In this document: positions 9,055-18,789 of the stretch, one piece after another | Numbering within the stretch: the first letter of the stretch is position 1 | How the letters are laid out: every line of letters starts with the position of its first letter | From: Candidatus Zixiibacteriota bacterium | GTDB taxonomy: Bacteria; Zixibacteria; MSB-5A5; CAIYYT01 | Length of the DNA: 62,786 nt | Direction: 5' to 3' | Assembly: GCA_040235515.1 (NCBI GenBank) | Contig: JBECKX010000064.1 | Span: 1 to 62,786 of the forward strand | Notes under the pieces: model-generated | What the model saw: only the letters and a program-made list of their open reading frames with translations | What the model was told of the DNA's origin: nothing | The model's database searches: none | Made by a program: the position numbers and the translations under genes

Positions 9055-11724
9055 ATGAGATACTCTCGGTTGAAAGTCAAATGGGCTCCGGTGGCCCTCA
9101 TTCTCTCTCTGACGGTGCTGGTATCATCAGCGCTGTTCGGCGGGACAACCGGCAAGATATCGGGTCGAGTGGTTTCGGCAGAAAGCGGAGAGCCGCTCGC
9201 CGGTGCGACCGTCTCGATCGTGGGAAAGTCAATCACCACTGTAACAGATCTTGATGGCGAATTCTACATCCTGAATCTGCCCGTTGCGTCATACGAACTT
9301 GCAGTGCAACTGATCGGCTATCAAACCGAACTTCACTCGAATCTCCAGGTTTTGCTCGATCTCACTACGCCGGTAGTGATCAGGCTGCAGCCGGTGGCGA
9401 TACAGATGGATTCCGTCGTGACCGTCGTCGCCGAGCGTCCTCTGATTCAGAAGGACGAGACAGCTTCGGTCAGAACCTTAACCAAGGAAGAGATCGAAAC
9501 TCAGCCGAATACGAGAAACATCGCTCAGGTGCTGTTGCGCATGAACGGTACCGTCTCGGACAACAACGGTAACCTGCACGTGCGTGGTGGCCGTATCGGC
9601 GAAGTGACTTACTACTTCGATGGCATGCCGGTCGAGGATCAGTTCAGCGGCGCCGCCGGAACGAGAATCTCACCCGATGCGCTGGAGACAATCAGCCTGA
9701 CCACTGGTGGTTACTCGGCTGCTTATGGTGAAGCGCTTTCCGGCGTGGTAAACGCACTGACCCAGGAGGGCGGCAGTCGCTATCACGGCAAGTTCAAGTT
9801 CGCCGATGGTGCTTCGAAGAAGTACGATGTCAATTCCGGTGATTTCGGCAAGATCTCGCGCACCGAAGACTACTACGGCGTATTCAACCTCTCCGGACCG
9901 TTGCCCTTCGCGCCGACAGACAGGGCTTCCTTCTTCAACTCGGTCGAATACAACCATGACGGCGGCTATCTGCCACACAATCGTAACGAGAGCACGACCA
10001 TTACTTCCAAGCTCTCGGTTCGTCCGTGGCAGAGTCTCAAGATGACATTTTACTCGAATATCTATAATGCCGAACAACAGGCGTACGATCACCGTGATGT
10101 CAACGGGCTTTCGTATGACTTCGCGCTCGAGAACTCCGGTATGATTAAACGGGATGCCCAACGTTTCGGTGGGAGCGCGACGATGCAGCTCTCGACGAAC
10201 ACGATGTTCACCGTAAAGGCCGGTTATTTCGAGACGCACTCGAAGCTGGCTCCCGATCATCTCTTTGACCTCTACTGGAACCAGTGGCCGGGATACTCGG
10301 AGGATGCCAACGGGCTTTACAACGGCACGATCCAGGACAACTACCTGCCCGATTCGGCATATCAGTATGTCGGTTACGTGGCGGATACGGCGTTTTATCC
10401 CTACTATCTCGACCGCAAGTCATCTTACAAGTCAGCCGGGTTCGACATACTCTCACAGGTAAGCAAGTATCATCAGCTCTCGATCGGAGCCGAGTTCAGA
10501 CAGAATCGGCTGCTGTGGGACAACAAGCAGTTCTTCAACGTTCGCCCATACGGCGAGAAGTATGATGTCGGACCGAGCTACGCCGCGGCCTATATGCAGG
10601 ACAAGATCGAGCTTGGCTACATGATTATCAACGCCGGTCTCCGACTCGACTACCTCAATGCCGAGGTCGACTACTGGAATGATCCGGTGCAGAAGGATTT
10701 CAAGATACGCTCCGCGTCGAAGACACATGTCTCGCCGCGTATCGGCTTCTCGCACCCGGTTTCGGAGAACACCCTGTTCCATGTGAATTATGGTTACTAC
10801 TACCAGGTGCCGGCTTATCCGCACATGTTCACGAATCTGCAGGGTGATCTCACGACGGGGCTGCCGATTTACGGCAATCCTGACCTGGAACCGGAGAGGA
10901 CGATCTCCTATGAGTTGGGTGTCACCCAGAGGTTGTCCGACGACATGAAACTGACTGCGACCACCTACTACAAGGATGTCTCCAACCTCGTATCGACCGA
11001 GTTTATCGAGACCCCGGCGGGTGGCTACACGCATTACATCAACGGTGACTACGGCTCGGTGAAGGGACTTGATTTTTCGCTCACCAAGCAGGGTGGTTCG
11101 AATCTCTCGGGATTCATCAATTACTCGTACATGATCGCCGAAGGCAATTCGTCGGATGCCAACGAGTTTTACTATGATTATTTCAACCAGGGTGACGACG
11201 CTCCTGTGCTCCCGGTGACCGAGTTCCCGCTGGCATTTGACCAGCGCCATACGCTCAACGTGAGCGCCAGCTACACGGTCCCGTTCTATGAGAGGCCGAC
11301 CTTCATGGGGTTGCGCCTGCCGTCAGGCTGGAGCGCGAATACGCTCTTCACATACGGCAGCGGCATGCCCTACACCAGAACGGATCAGGATGGCGTCCGG
11401 CTGGGTGAGGTCAACGAGGGCCGCATGCCCGCAGTTTACCGACTCGACTTCCGCTTCGATAAGGACCTCTACTATTTCTCGAAGGATAACTTCGTCAGGT
11501 TCTTCGTCGATGTCGTGAACGTATTCGATCGCCGCAACGTGATCAATGTCTACTCGCGTACCGGCCTGCCCGACTACGATGGATACGACTTTGAGCTCAC
11601 CAGCGATCCGCCGGGGGATGCAACTATCGAAGACGTAAATGCGCTTCAGGCATTGATCATGAACGACCCTCAGAACTTTGATCAACCACGTCGCATCCAC
11701 TGGGGTCTGGAATGGATGTTTTAG
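9055..11724 (+). CDS. TonB-dependent-receptor-type outer-membrane barrel with N-terminal carboxypeptidase-regulatory-like domain
   Basis: 889 aa. Signal peptide, then GKISGRVVSAESGEPLAGATVSIVG...DGEFYILNLPVASYEL (CarboxypepD_reg). Plug-like segment (NGNLHVRGGRIGEVTYYFDGMPV). Long beta-rich region ending in an aromatic residue (GLEWMF). Confidence 0.85.
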   Translation: MRYSRLKVKWAPVALILSLTVLVSSALFGGTTGKISGRVVSAESGEPLAGATVSIVGKSITTVTDLDGEFYILNLPVASYELAVQLIGYQTELHSNLQVLLDLTTPVVIRLQPVAIQMDSVVTVVAERPLIQKDETASVRTLTKEEIETQPNTRNIAQVLLRMNGTVSDNNGNLHVRGGRIGEVTYYFDGMPVEDQFSGAAGTRISPDALETISLTTGGYSAAYGEALSGVVNALTQEGGSRYHGKFKFADGASKKYDVNSGDFGKISRTEDYYGVFNLSGPLPFAPTDRASFFNSVEYNHDGGYLPHNRNESTTITSKLSVRPWQSLKMTFYSNIYNAEQQAYDHRDVNGLSYDFALENSGMIKRDAQRFGGSATMQLSTNTMFTVKAGYFETHSKLAPDHLFDLYWNQWPGYSEDANGLYNGTIQDNYLPDSAYQYVGYVADTAFYPYYLDRKSSYKSAGFDILSQVSKYHQLSIGAEFRQNRLLWDNKQFFNVRPYGEKYDVGPSYAAAYMQDKIELGYMIINAGLRLDYLNAEVDYWNDPVQKDFKIRSASKTHVSPRIGFSHPVSENTLFHVNYGYYYQVPAYPHMFTNLQGDLTTGLPIYGNPDLEPERTISYELGVTQRLSDDMKLTATTYYKDVSNLVSTEFIETPAGGYTHYINGDYGSVKGLDFSLTKQGGSNLSGFINYSYMIAEGNSSDANEFYYDYFNQGDDAPVLPVTEFPLAFDQRHTLNVSASYTVPFYERPTFMGLRLPSGWSANTLFTYGSGMPYTRTDQDGVRLGEVNEGRMPAVYRLDFRFDKDLYYFSKDNFVRFFVDVVNVFDRRNVINVYSRTGLPDYDGYDFELTSDPPGDATIEDVNALQALIMNDPQNFDQPRRIHWGLEWMF

Positions 11725-11751
11725 GCAGACCAGGATGGTGGAGGCAATAAG

Positions 11752-14451
11752 ATGTTAACTAAACCAGATATGCAGATGAGTGTATTTCAAGGAAGGTCCA
11801 GAACTCTGCCGGTCATGCTGGTAGTCCTGGCGACACTGGTTTGTCTGAGCACTTCGGAGTTGTTCGCTGCTGCTCAGGAGGTGCAGGTACCTTCACCGGA
11901 GTTGCAGGACAGAATCACTCATGACAAGGGTAATATTCGCACGACCGTTTCTAACTGGGGAACGATTGGTGGCCTGAGTCATCTCGGTTTCCCGTCTGGA
12001 GAGTGGCCCAAGGGTTCGGGACACAACTATCTCGCGGAGATCAAGTACTGGATGGGTGCGACCGTCGACGGCGCTGACACTTTGTTAGCGGATACCGACG
12101 ACGACTTTGCACCGATCGTCGACCTCGCTACGGCGACTGAGCCGATCATCCGGCTCTCGACCGATACCGAGAGGTACGACTACGATCCGAGCGATACTGT
12201 AGGCAGTGGGCTCGGGCATCCTGCCAATGGTTGGCGCATCTGGGACCCGGAGCAGAGTGCGTGGGTCTACAACCAGGTGTGGGATCCGATCTCCGAGCAG
12301 TTTTACAGCGGCGGTCCGACCTCGCAGCAGGAGAGCATCTACCGCTTCAACGATGAAGCTCTTGGTGGTCAGTTGCTCGGGATCGAAATGGTGCAGACAG
12401 TTTACCAATGGAATTACAGCTATAATGAGGATATCCTCTTCGTCGAACTGCAGATCACCAATCGCAGCGATTTCGACTACCACGATTTCGCCTTCGGGCT
12501 CTACTGTGACTTCGATATCGGCGGTCCCGACGGCACCGGCGAGAACGGTCGTCTCGGAGATCTGGTCGCATCTGATACATCACTCAACCTGGCCTGGACG
12601 TACGATGCCGACGGCTACGATGTCGGTTGGGGTGCGAATGTCGTCACCGGTGTGATGGGCACACGCTACATCGAAACACCCAACAATATCGGCATGACCG
12701 CCTTCCGTACCGGCGAGTGGGAGCAGATCGTATCGACCAGAGACAATGAAAAGTACGCCTACATCAGCGAGCATGTTTTTGAGGAGACGCTGCCGCCGAC
12801 AGACCAGTATTACGTGCAGGCGACTTCCGGGATCGAGCTGATGCGGGGCGCCACAGTCCGGATCGTTTATGCGCTGATTGCCGGATATGACGAGGCTGAT
12901 TTTAGAAGCAAATCGCAGATCGCGCTTTCACTCTATCAGAACAATTTCATCGGGCCAACGCCGCCCAATGCTCCCGTGCTGTCCGCAGTTGCAGGAAGCA
13001 GGGAAGCCAGGCTCTCGTGGAATCGCGATGCCATTATGAGCACCGACCCGATGTCTGGATTGCAGGATTTCGCCGGTTACAAGGTTTACCGTTCGTCCGA
13101 TCGTGGCCTGAGTTGGGGACAGTTGGTCCGCAACCCCGACGGCTCGCTGGGACCGGACTACGTTCCGCTTGCCATCTGGCGAGTCGAGGATGCCAGCGAT
13201 CCGATTCCGCACACTTTCGTCGATACCAACCTGACCAACGGCTACGAGTACTGGTACTCGGTGGTTGCGTTTGACAATGGCGACAGCGCACTCGGTATCG
13301 GCTCGCTGCAGACCGCCTACGGTCGCCCCGGTGAGGATGTCAATGCGGGCAAGGTGATCCCGCGCTCCGACCCGGCCGGTTACTATGATGTTGAAATGAC
13401 TTTGCAGCATACGGCGAAGGGTGCTGGACCGATTTCGGAGGGTTATGTCGTGCCCACGCTGTTTGATCCCTCCGCCATGAAAGGTTCCAGCTATGAGATC
13501 GGATTCATGGATGACCCCTTCGAGACCATGTGGTTCGTGCTCGATGCTTCGAGCGGTGATACGGTCGCGAATGGTCTCACCGATCAGACGGGTGACGAGG
13601 CCCTCGCGCCGGTAGTCGATGGGGTACAGCTCTTCGTTTACAACGGGGAACGCGAAGCTGCCTACTATGACCAGGTCGGGTTTGCTGTTGCGGGTGACAC
13701 TACCCTGCACCTCGGCTACACTTACGGTCCGATGGGTGAAGCTTTCGGATTCCCGATTGGCGGTGACATGCATTTTCGGCCGACCTACCAGTTAAGATTC
13801 ACCGCGACCGGATCGGTCGGTTACTCCCTCTACGATGATGTGACGCCGATCGACCTTCCGTTTGAAGTTTGGAATATGGAAACCGGCGAGCAGGTAATCG
13901 CCGAGATATTCCACATCGACGGCTCGACTCCGGGTTGGGATCCGGCAAACCGCGACTATATCTCGATAGTAAACATACCGTATGACGGCTCACCTCATCC
14001 GGAGGGATTCCCATACTTCTTCTCGTGGTTCTTCCGTTTCGATACGGGCGACATAGATTTCAAGAATGGTGATGTATTTGAGATCGGCGGGGCGCCTCTG
14101 AATGGTCCCAACGACAGATTCACCTACACCACGCCCGGCATCAATAAGGAAGCGGCCGCCAGCCAACTTGACAGAATCAGAGCGGTGCCGAACCCCTACA
14201 TCGCGCGTGCCAGTTGGGAACGCGATGTCGGTTTCCGGCGCCTTGAATTCGTAAATCTGCCCGAGACGGCAACGATCAGAATCTATACCCTTGCCGGCGA
14301 TCTGTTGCGGACGCTCGAACACTCCGGAAGTGGAACCTGCGTCTGGGACATGTTGACCGAGAATGGCCAGGGTATCGCACCGGGACTCTACTTCTATCAC
14401 GTTGATTCTGAAGTTGGCGAGAAGATCGGCAAGTTCTCGGTGATCAAGTAA
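11752..14451 (+). CDS. large secreted protein of unknown function with an FN3-like module and a T9SS-type/FlgD-Ig-like C-terminal domain
   Basis: 899 aa. GGTGGAGG SD lies 7 nt upstream of the ATG. Signal peptide. FN3-like PNAPVLSAVAGSREARLSWNRD...GYKVYRSSD. C-terminus AVPNPY...ATIRIYTLAGDLLRTL...GLYFYHV...GKFSVIK. Confidence 0.8.
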   Translation: MLTKPDMQMSVFQGRSRTLPVMLVVLATLVCLSTSELFAAAQEVQVPSPELQDRITHDKGNIRTTVSNWGTIGGLSHLGFPSGEWPKGSGHNYLAEIKYWMGATVDGADTLLADTDDDFAPIVDLATATEPIIRLSTDTERYDYDPSDTVGSGLGHPANGWRIWDPEQSAWVYNQVWDPISEQFYSGGPTSQQESIYRFNDEALGGQLLGIEMVQTVYQWNYSYNEDILFVELQITNRSDFDYHDFAFGLYCDFDIGGPDGTGENGRLGDLVASDTSLNLAWTYDADGYDVGWGANVVTGVMGTRYIETPNNIGMTAFRTGEWEQIVSTRDNEKYAYISEHVFEETLPPTDQYYVQATSGIELMRGATVRIVYALIAGYDEADFRSKSQIALSLYQNNFIGPTPPNAPVLSAVAGSREARLSWNRDAIMSTDPMSGLQDFAGYKVYRSSDRGLSWGQLVRNPDGSLGPDYVPLAIWRVEDASDPIPHTFVDTNLTNGYEYWYSVVAFDNGDSALGIGSLQTAYGRPGEDVNAGKVIPRSDPAGYYDVEMTLQHTAKGAGPISEGYVVPTLFDPSAMKGSSYEIGFMDDPFETMWFVLDASSGDTVANGLTDQTGDEALAPVVDGVQLFVYNGEREAAYYDQVGFAVAGDTTLHLGYTYGPMGEAFGFPIGGDMHFRPTYQLRFTATGSVGYSLYDDVTPIDLPFEVWNMETGEQVIAEIFHIDGSTPGWDPANRDYISIVNIPYDGSPHPEGFPYFFSWFFRFDTGDIDFKNGDVFEIGGAPLNGPNDRFTYTTPGINKEAAASQLDRIRAVPNPYIARASWERDVGFRRLEFVNLPETATIRIYTLAGDLLRTLEHSGSGTCVWDMLTENGQGIAPGLYFYHVDSEVGEKIGKFSVIK

Positions 14452-14474
14452 GGGAGAGCATGAGGAGTATTGAT

Positions 14475-15482
14475 ATGAAGTTTCTGAGAATACTACTGGT
14501 CATATTTCTGGTGCTGGCTCTCTCGGTCGCCGCGATGGCAGATGATTTCTCCAAAGTTGGTACTGCCGGCGCCCAGTTTCTGAAGATCGGAGTGGGGGCG
14601 AAGTATACCGCGATGGGGGAAGCCTCTGTCGCGATGGTGAAGGATGCCTACTCCATGTACTGGAATCCGGCAGCGATGGCGACCCTGCAGAAGTCATCTC
14701 TGGAGTTCACCAACATCAGTTGGATCTCCGGAGTCGACCTGAATTATTTCGCGTTCGCCAGGCCGACCAGTTTTGGTTCGATCGGTGCATCCGTGACTGC
14801 GCTCAGTTCGGGTGACATCGAGGTTACGACAATTGACGAGCCCAACGGAACGCACGGATTCTATTCCGTCTCAAGCTATGCGATCGGTCTCGGCTATGCC
14901 AAGCAAATGACCGACTTTTTCTCGTTCGGCCTGAGCGCCAAGTACGTCTCCGAGAGAATCTCCGAAGAAACCGCTTCAGGGATAGCATTCGATTTCGGTA
15001 CCCTGCTCGAGCCGGGGTTCAAGCAACTGCGGCTGGGAATCAACATTTCGAACCTGGGGCCTGAAATGAAGTTCTCCGGCTCGGAATTGAATTTCAACTA
15101 CAATCCGGCTGAAGGCAACGACAGCTACGACGACGCCAGTGGCGTCTACGATGTTGATTCTTACGATCTGCCGCTGATGTTCCGCATCGGCGCAGCCTAC
15201 GATATGTATCCGGGGGAGAAGACGAGGCTGACGATGTCGGTCGAGGCGCGTGATCCTTCCGACTATCAGCAACAGGCCTCCGTCGGAACGGAAGTAGCGT
15301 TCAACGAGATGTTCTTCCTGCGTGGCGGTTACAAGCTCAACTATGATGAGGAAGGACTGGCGCTGGGAGCAGGTGTGAATCTACCGATCTGGGACCGTTC
15401 GCTGATGGCGGTCAACTATGCGTGGTCAGATTTCGGCCGGCTTGAGGATGTTCACCGCTTTTCATTCGGATTGACTTTCTAA
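14475..15482 (+). CDS. PorV/PorQ-family (FadL-like) outer-membrane protein
   Basis: Start at the second ATG (GAGGAG SD 7 nt upstream; the ORF is open from 14460). MKFLRILLVIFLVLALSVAAMA signal peptide, then GTAGAQFLKIGVGAKYTAMGEA...MYWNPAAMA, typical of the PorV family. Ends ...FSFGLTF. Confidence 0.85.
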   Translation: MKFLRILLVIFLVLALSVAAMADDFSKVGTAGAQFLKIGVGAKYTAMGEASVAMVKDAYSMYWNPAAMATLQKSSLEFTNISWISGVDLNYFAFARPTSFGSIGASVTALSSGDIEVTTIDEPNGTHGFYSVSSYAIGLGYAKQMTDFFSFGLSAKYVSERISEETASGIAFDFGTLLEPGFKQLRLGINISNLGPEMKFSGSELNFNYNPAEGNDSYDDASGVYDVDSYDLPLMFRIGAAYDMYPGEKTRLTMSVEARDPSDYQQQASVGTEVAFNEMFFLRGGYKLNYDEEGLALGAGVNLPIWDRSLMAVNYAWSDFGRLEDVHRFSFGLTF

Positions 15483-15512
15483 AGACATTACAGGGTTATG
15501 GGTTGAGATAAG

Positions 15513-15542
15513 AGCCTGGAGCGCAAGCTTCAGGCTTTTTTC
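15513..15542 (+). terminator. rho-independent terminator after the PorV-like gene
   Basis: AGCCTGGA-GCGCAAGC-TTCAGGCT hairpin (8 bp including one G:U) followed by TTTTTT. Confidence 0.65.
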
Positions 15543-15900
15543 ATTGCTGTAATTGGCGCTCCGGTCGCACAATCTCAGATCAATGCAGTCTTAATTTGGA
15601 TTCACAGGTATACGTTTACTATTGACACTCCTGCATCTGATGTGTTAGTTTACCACTGCAGTAGGTTTGCTGACAAATTCACTTCTCGCACGAATAATCC
15701 CATTTATCGCAGCCGCGAGCACTGACTCGCGTGAAATCCTCACCTGGTTCGAGAGGAGGGCAGGTAGGGTGAATCAACTTATTCATTTTCCGGTCGGGTG
15801 CTGACGCCTTGAGGGATGCTCGCCTGGCCGGTCATTGCAGATGTCAGAATATCAAAGTCCGTGACAGGAAGAATTATGGGGAAAGAGATCGAGAAGAGCG

Positions 15901-18210
15901 ATGAGCAAGAAAGTTATACTGATAGCGGTGGGGTTGGCACTACTGTTGCACCTCCCGCTGGCCGCCGACTGGGATCCGGCAGATGGCCACAAGATGCACT
16001 TTCCGCAACTGCCGAATGAGACCGGCTGGGCGGTGAATGCCACTCAACCGCTGGTGCTTGCCGATGACTGGCAGTGTTCCGAAACCGGCTTCGTTCGAGA
16101 TGTCCATTTCTGGGGTGCGTGGAAGGGAGGCATCGAAGGACAGATGGTGCAGCTCTTCTTGAGCATCCACTCCGACATTCCGGCTGAACAGAGTCCCACC
16201 GGGTTCAGCATGCCGGGGGCAACGCTGTGGGAAGCGGACGTGTTACAGTTCACGACAGTCAGGCCGGTCGATACGCCTGCACTCGAGGGCTGGTATGATC
16301 CAGCCACCGGAGAGGTGATAGCGCAGGATCATCAGGCGTACTATCAATACAACGTTTTACTTCCTGAGGACTTATGGTTCGTGCAGGAAGAGGGGACAAT
16401 CTACTGGCTGAACATCTCGGCCATCGTTGTTGATCCGCAGGGTACGGTTTGGGGGTGGAAATCTTCACTCGACCACTGGAATGACGACGCGGTCTGGGCA
16501 ATGTGGGGAACATTGAATTGGCAGGAGATGTATGAGCCCTCCGTTCCGATCATCAATGATTTTGGCATCACCATTTTGCCGGGCGGCGTCTTCGCGAATG
16601 GTGGCGGTAGTGGCGCCTATGGACAAGGCTGGTATTACTACCCGGATACCGACTGGTGGAACATCTGGTTCTACGATCACCCGTACAGGGAAGATCGCTT
16701 CAAGGTGATTCACATCGAATATGATGTCTTCATGGCCGAGCCCGGTCTGCCGAGCTTCCTTGAGTTAGCGGTGAACTGGTCAACGGCAATCTGGTCGTTA
16801 CTGGGTAACCCGGAGCCTGATCCACGTGTGCCGCCGCTGCCGGGAGTTGATGAAAGCGCTTACATCGGCAGGCAGACCCTCTACTTGGGTCCGGTTGAGC
16901 CCGGCCACTACATCTTCGATTGGACAATTCCTGATTACAATCCGGAGTGGGTGTCGATCGATGTGCGGGGCGAGAACTTCGACATCCCGTTCGGGATGAT
17001 CAGCCATGAGTGTATCGGTCAGCAGTCACTCGACCTTTCGTTTGTAATCACGGGGGGGCCGTTCGAGCCGGACACCTGCGATTTTTACAAGCTGCCCTAC
17101 CTGGATTACGCGCCACAAGGTATGCCTGATTTCGACCAGAAGCAGATCAACTGGGTAGATAACAACCAGCATTGGTCGCACGATGGACCTGCTGCGCTGG
17201 CGAACTGCATCTGGTGGTTTGATTCGAAATTCGAGACCGCGCCCGTTGATCCGAGACCGTTCGGTTCGGGAGTTGTCAACGATAACTACCCGCTTGTCGG
17301 AGCTTACGGACCCTGGGATGATCACGATACAGCCAATGTCCAGCCGTTCATTAACGACCTGGCGATGAACTACCTGAACACGAATCCGGGCGGCCTGGGA
17401 GGAACGCATCCGGGAGACCTGCAGACCGGCTTCCGGGCGTACCTGGCGGCACACGGCATGCAGCCAGACTATTCTGACACCTTCTATGTTGACCCAAGCT
17501 TCGACTTGATCCGGGACCAGGTCCTGCAAAGTCAGGATGTGATTCTTTACCTGAGCTTCTATGAGGATCTCGGCTCACACTGGAACTACATCGGCAGCCA
17601 CTATGTCACGGTTGCGGGTGTCTGCACGCAGAATGAGTTGCGCCAGCTCTGTGTGTCTGATCCATTCCTTGATGCACTTGAGGGTGAACCTCCGGCGGGT
17701 GCCGCGCATGGCGGAACGGTACACAATGATGCCAACAACATCAGTGGCCCGCACAACCAGATCCAGCATGATCCCTATCTCTGCGCGCCGGTTGTGCCAC
17801 CCGGAGCTATGGTGCCTGTGGAGGAAGTGAACTATCCGGCGCCTGCCCTGCTCGGACACTTCCAGGGTATGAACGCCGGAGCTGACTGGTTCCCATACGG
17901 TGGCGGCATACTCCGCACCGTGATCGATCTGGCTTACGTGATTTGTCCGGCGGGTTGTGATTGTATCCCGGGTGATGCCGATGGCAGCGGTAGCATCAGC
18001 ATCGGCGACGCCGTCTACATCATCAACTACATCTTCGGAGGCGGCCCAGCCCCGATGCCATACGCGATCTGTTCCGGCGATGCCAACTGCGATTGCACAG
18101 TCAGTATCAGTGATGCTGTCTACATCGTTAACTTTATCTTCGGCGGGGGACCACAACCTTGCGACTGCCCAACCTGGTTGAGCATTTGCGGCGCACCTTT
18201 GAGAAACTAA
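15901..18210 (+). CDS. secreted protein of unknown function with C-terminal double dockerin-like (EF-hand) module
   Basis: 769 aa. Signal peptide MSKKVILIAVGLALLLHLPLAA. C-terminal repeats GDADGSGSISIGDAVYIINYIFGGGPAP and GDANCDCTVSISDAVYIVNFIFGGGPQP. Confidence 0.8.
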   Translation: MSKKVILIAVGLALLLHLPLAADWDPADGHKMHFPQLPNETGWAVNATQPLVLADDWQCSETGFVRDVHFWGAWKGGIEGQMVQLFLSIHSDIPAEQSPTGFSMPGATLWEADVLQFTTVRPVDTPALEGWYDPATGEVIAQDHQAYYQYNVLLPEDLWFVQEEGTIYWLNISAIVVDPQGTVWGWKSSLDHWNDDAVWAMWGTLNWQEMYEPSVPIINDFGITILPGGVFANGGGSGAYGQGWYYYPDTDWWNIWFYDHPYREDRFKVIHIEYDVFMAEPGLPSFLELAVNWSTAIWSLLGNPEPDPRVPPLPGVDESAYIGRQTLYLGPVEPGHYIFDWTIPDYNPEWVSIDVRGENFDIPFGMISHECIGQQSLDLSFVITGGPFEPDTCDFYKLPYLDYAPQGMPDFDQKQINWVDNNQHWSHDGPAALANCIWWFDSKFETAPVDPRPFGSGVVNDNYPLVGAYGPWDDHDTANVQPFINDLAMNYLNTNPGGLGGTHPGDLQTGFRAYLAAHGMQPDYSDTFYVDPSFDLIRDQVLQSQDVILYLSFYEDLGSHWNYIGSHYVTVAGVCTQNELRQLCVSDPFLDALEGEPPAGAAHGGTVHNDANNISGPHNQIQHDPYLCAPVVPPGAMVPVEEVNYPAPALLGHFQGMNAGADWFPYGGGILRTVIDLAYVICPAGCDCIPGDADGSGSISIGDAVYIINYIFGGGPAPMPYAICSGDANCDCTVSISDAVYIVNFIFGGGPQPCDCPTWLSICGAPLRN

Positions 18211-18236
18211 TCAAACACTGTCGTTAGGTTAGTGAG

Positions 18237-18264
18237 AGGGCGGATTCACCCCTGAATCCGCCCT
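18237..18264. terminator. GC-rich hairpin between convergent genes (possible bidirectional terminator)
   Basis: AGGGCGGATTCA-CCCC-TGAATCCGCCCT, a perfect 12-bp stem. Flanking U-tracts are weak. Confidence 0.45.
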
Positions 18265-18313
18265 TCATCTATTGGTGAGTTGACTGCCGGAAGTGACCCG
18301 ACACGGTTCGTGC

Positions 18314-18727
18314 TCAGAGAAACAATTCACGTTCCGCCGGCGTCGGGATGCGGCAACTCTCCCGACTACCATACCACTTGTAGCGATTGCGCACGATGAA
18401 GTCGTAGATCCAGTCACGCATGAAGGGGGGGACAATTAGAAATAGAATCAGGAAACTCCAGACACCGCCCAACAGCCTGAACACCCGCAACGCCGCACTC
18501 GACTTATAGAGGACGCGTTGTTTGTAGATCAGGACAACCGAGTCGGCGTAGCTCTCCGGCACCTGAAAATTGGCTTTCACCGCCCGGCCGGCATCGGACT
18601 GGAGCGCCGCAAATCGGAATCGCCGTTTCTCGTCATACTTGATAATGAAATTGACCAGGCCGTTGCAGAAGTTGCAGAACCCGTCGAACATGATGATGGG
18701 ATGCTTGGTCGTATCAGGTATCGACAT
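18314..18727 (-). CDS. DCC-family thiol-disulfide oxidoreductase (DUF393)
   Basis: IIMFDGFCNFCNGLVNFIIKYD...FRFAALQS is the DCC-family CxxC signature. Start placed at the internal ATG (MSIPDTTKHP); the ORF is open to 18784. Confidence 0.8.
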   Translation of the reverse strand: MSIPDTTKHPIIMFDGFCNFCNGLVNFIIKYDEKRRFRFAALQSDAGRAVKANFQVPESYADSVVLIYKQRVLYKSSAALRVFRLLGGVWSFLILFLIVPPFMRDWIYDFIVRNRYKWYGSRESCRIPTPAERELFL

Positions 18728-18789
18728 TGAATGACATTGATTTGAGGTCAACCGACTTCGGCAGTCGGTCAGATTGCCTGTCACGCATT

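Noticed and set aside
10453-13773. Long antisense ORFs (10453-11250 and 12928-13773, 265 and 281 aa) inside the OM-barrel and cargo genes.
   Set aside because: Same reasoning: Arg/Val/Gly-rich composition, no start context, and full overlap with better-supported plus-strand genes. Similar shadow ORFs at 17575-18156, 20193-20777, 21880-22419, 35791-36582 and 46011-46640 are rejected for the same reason.
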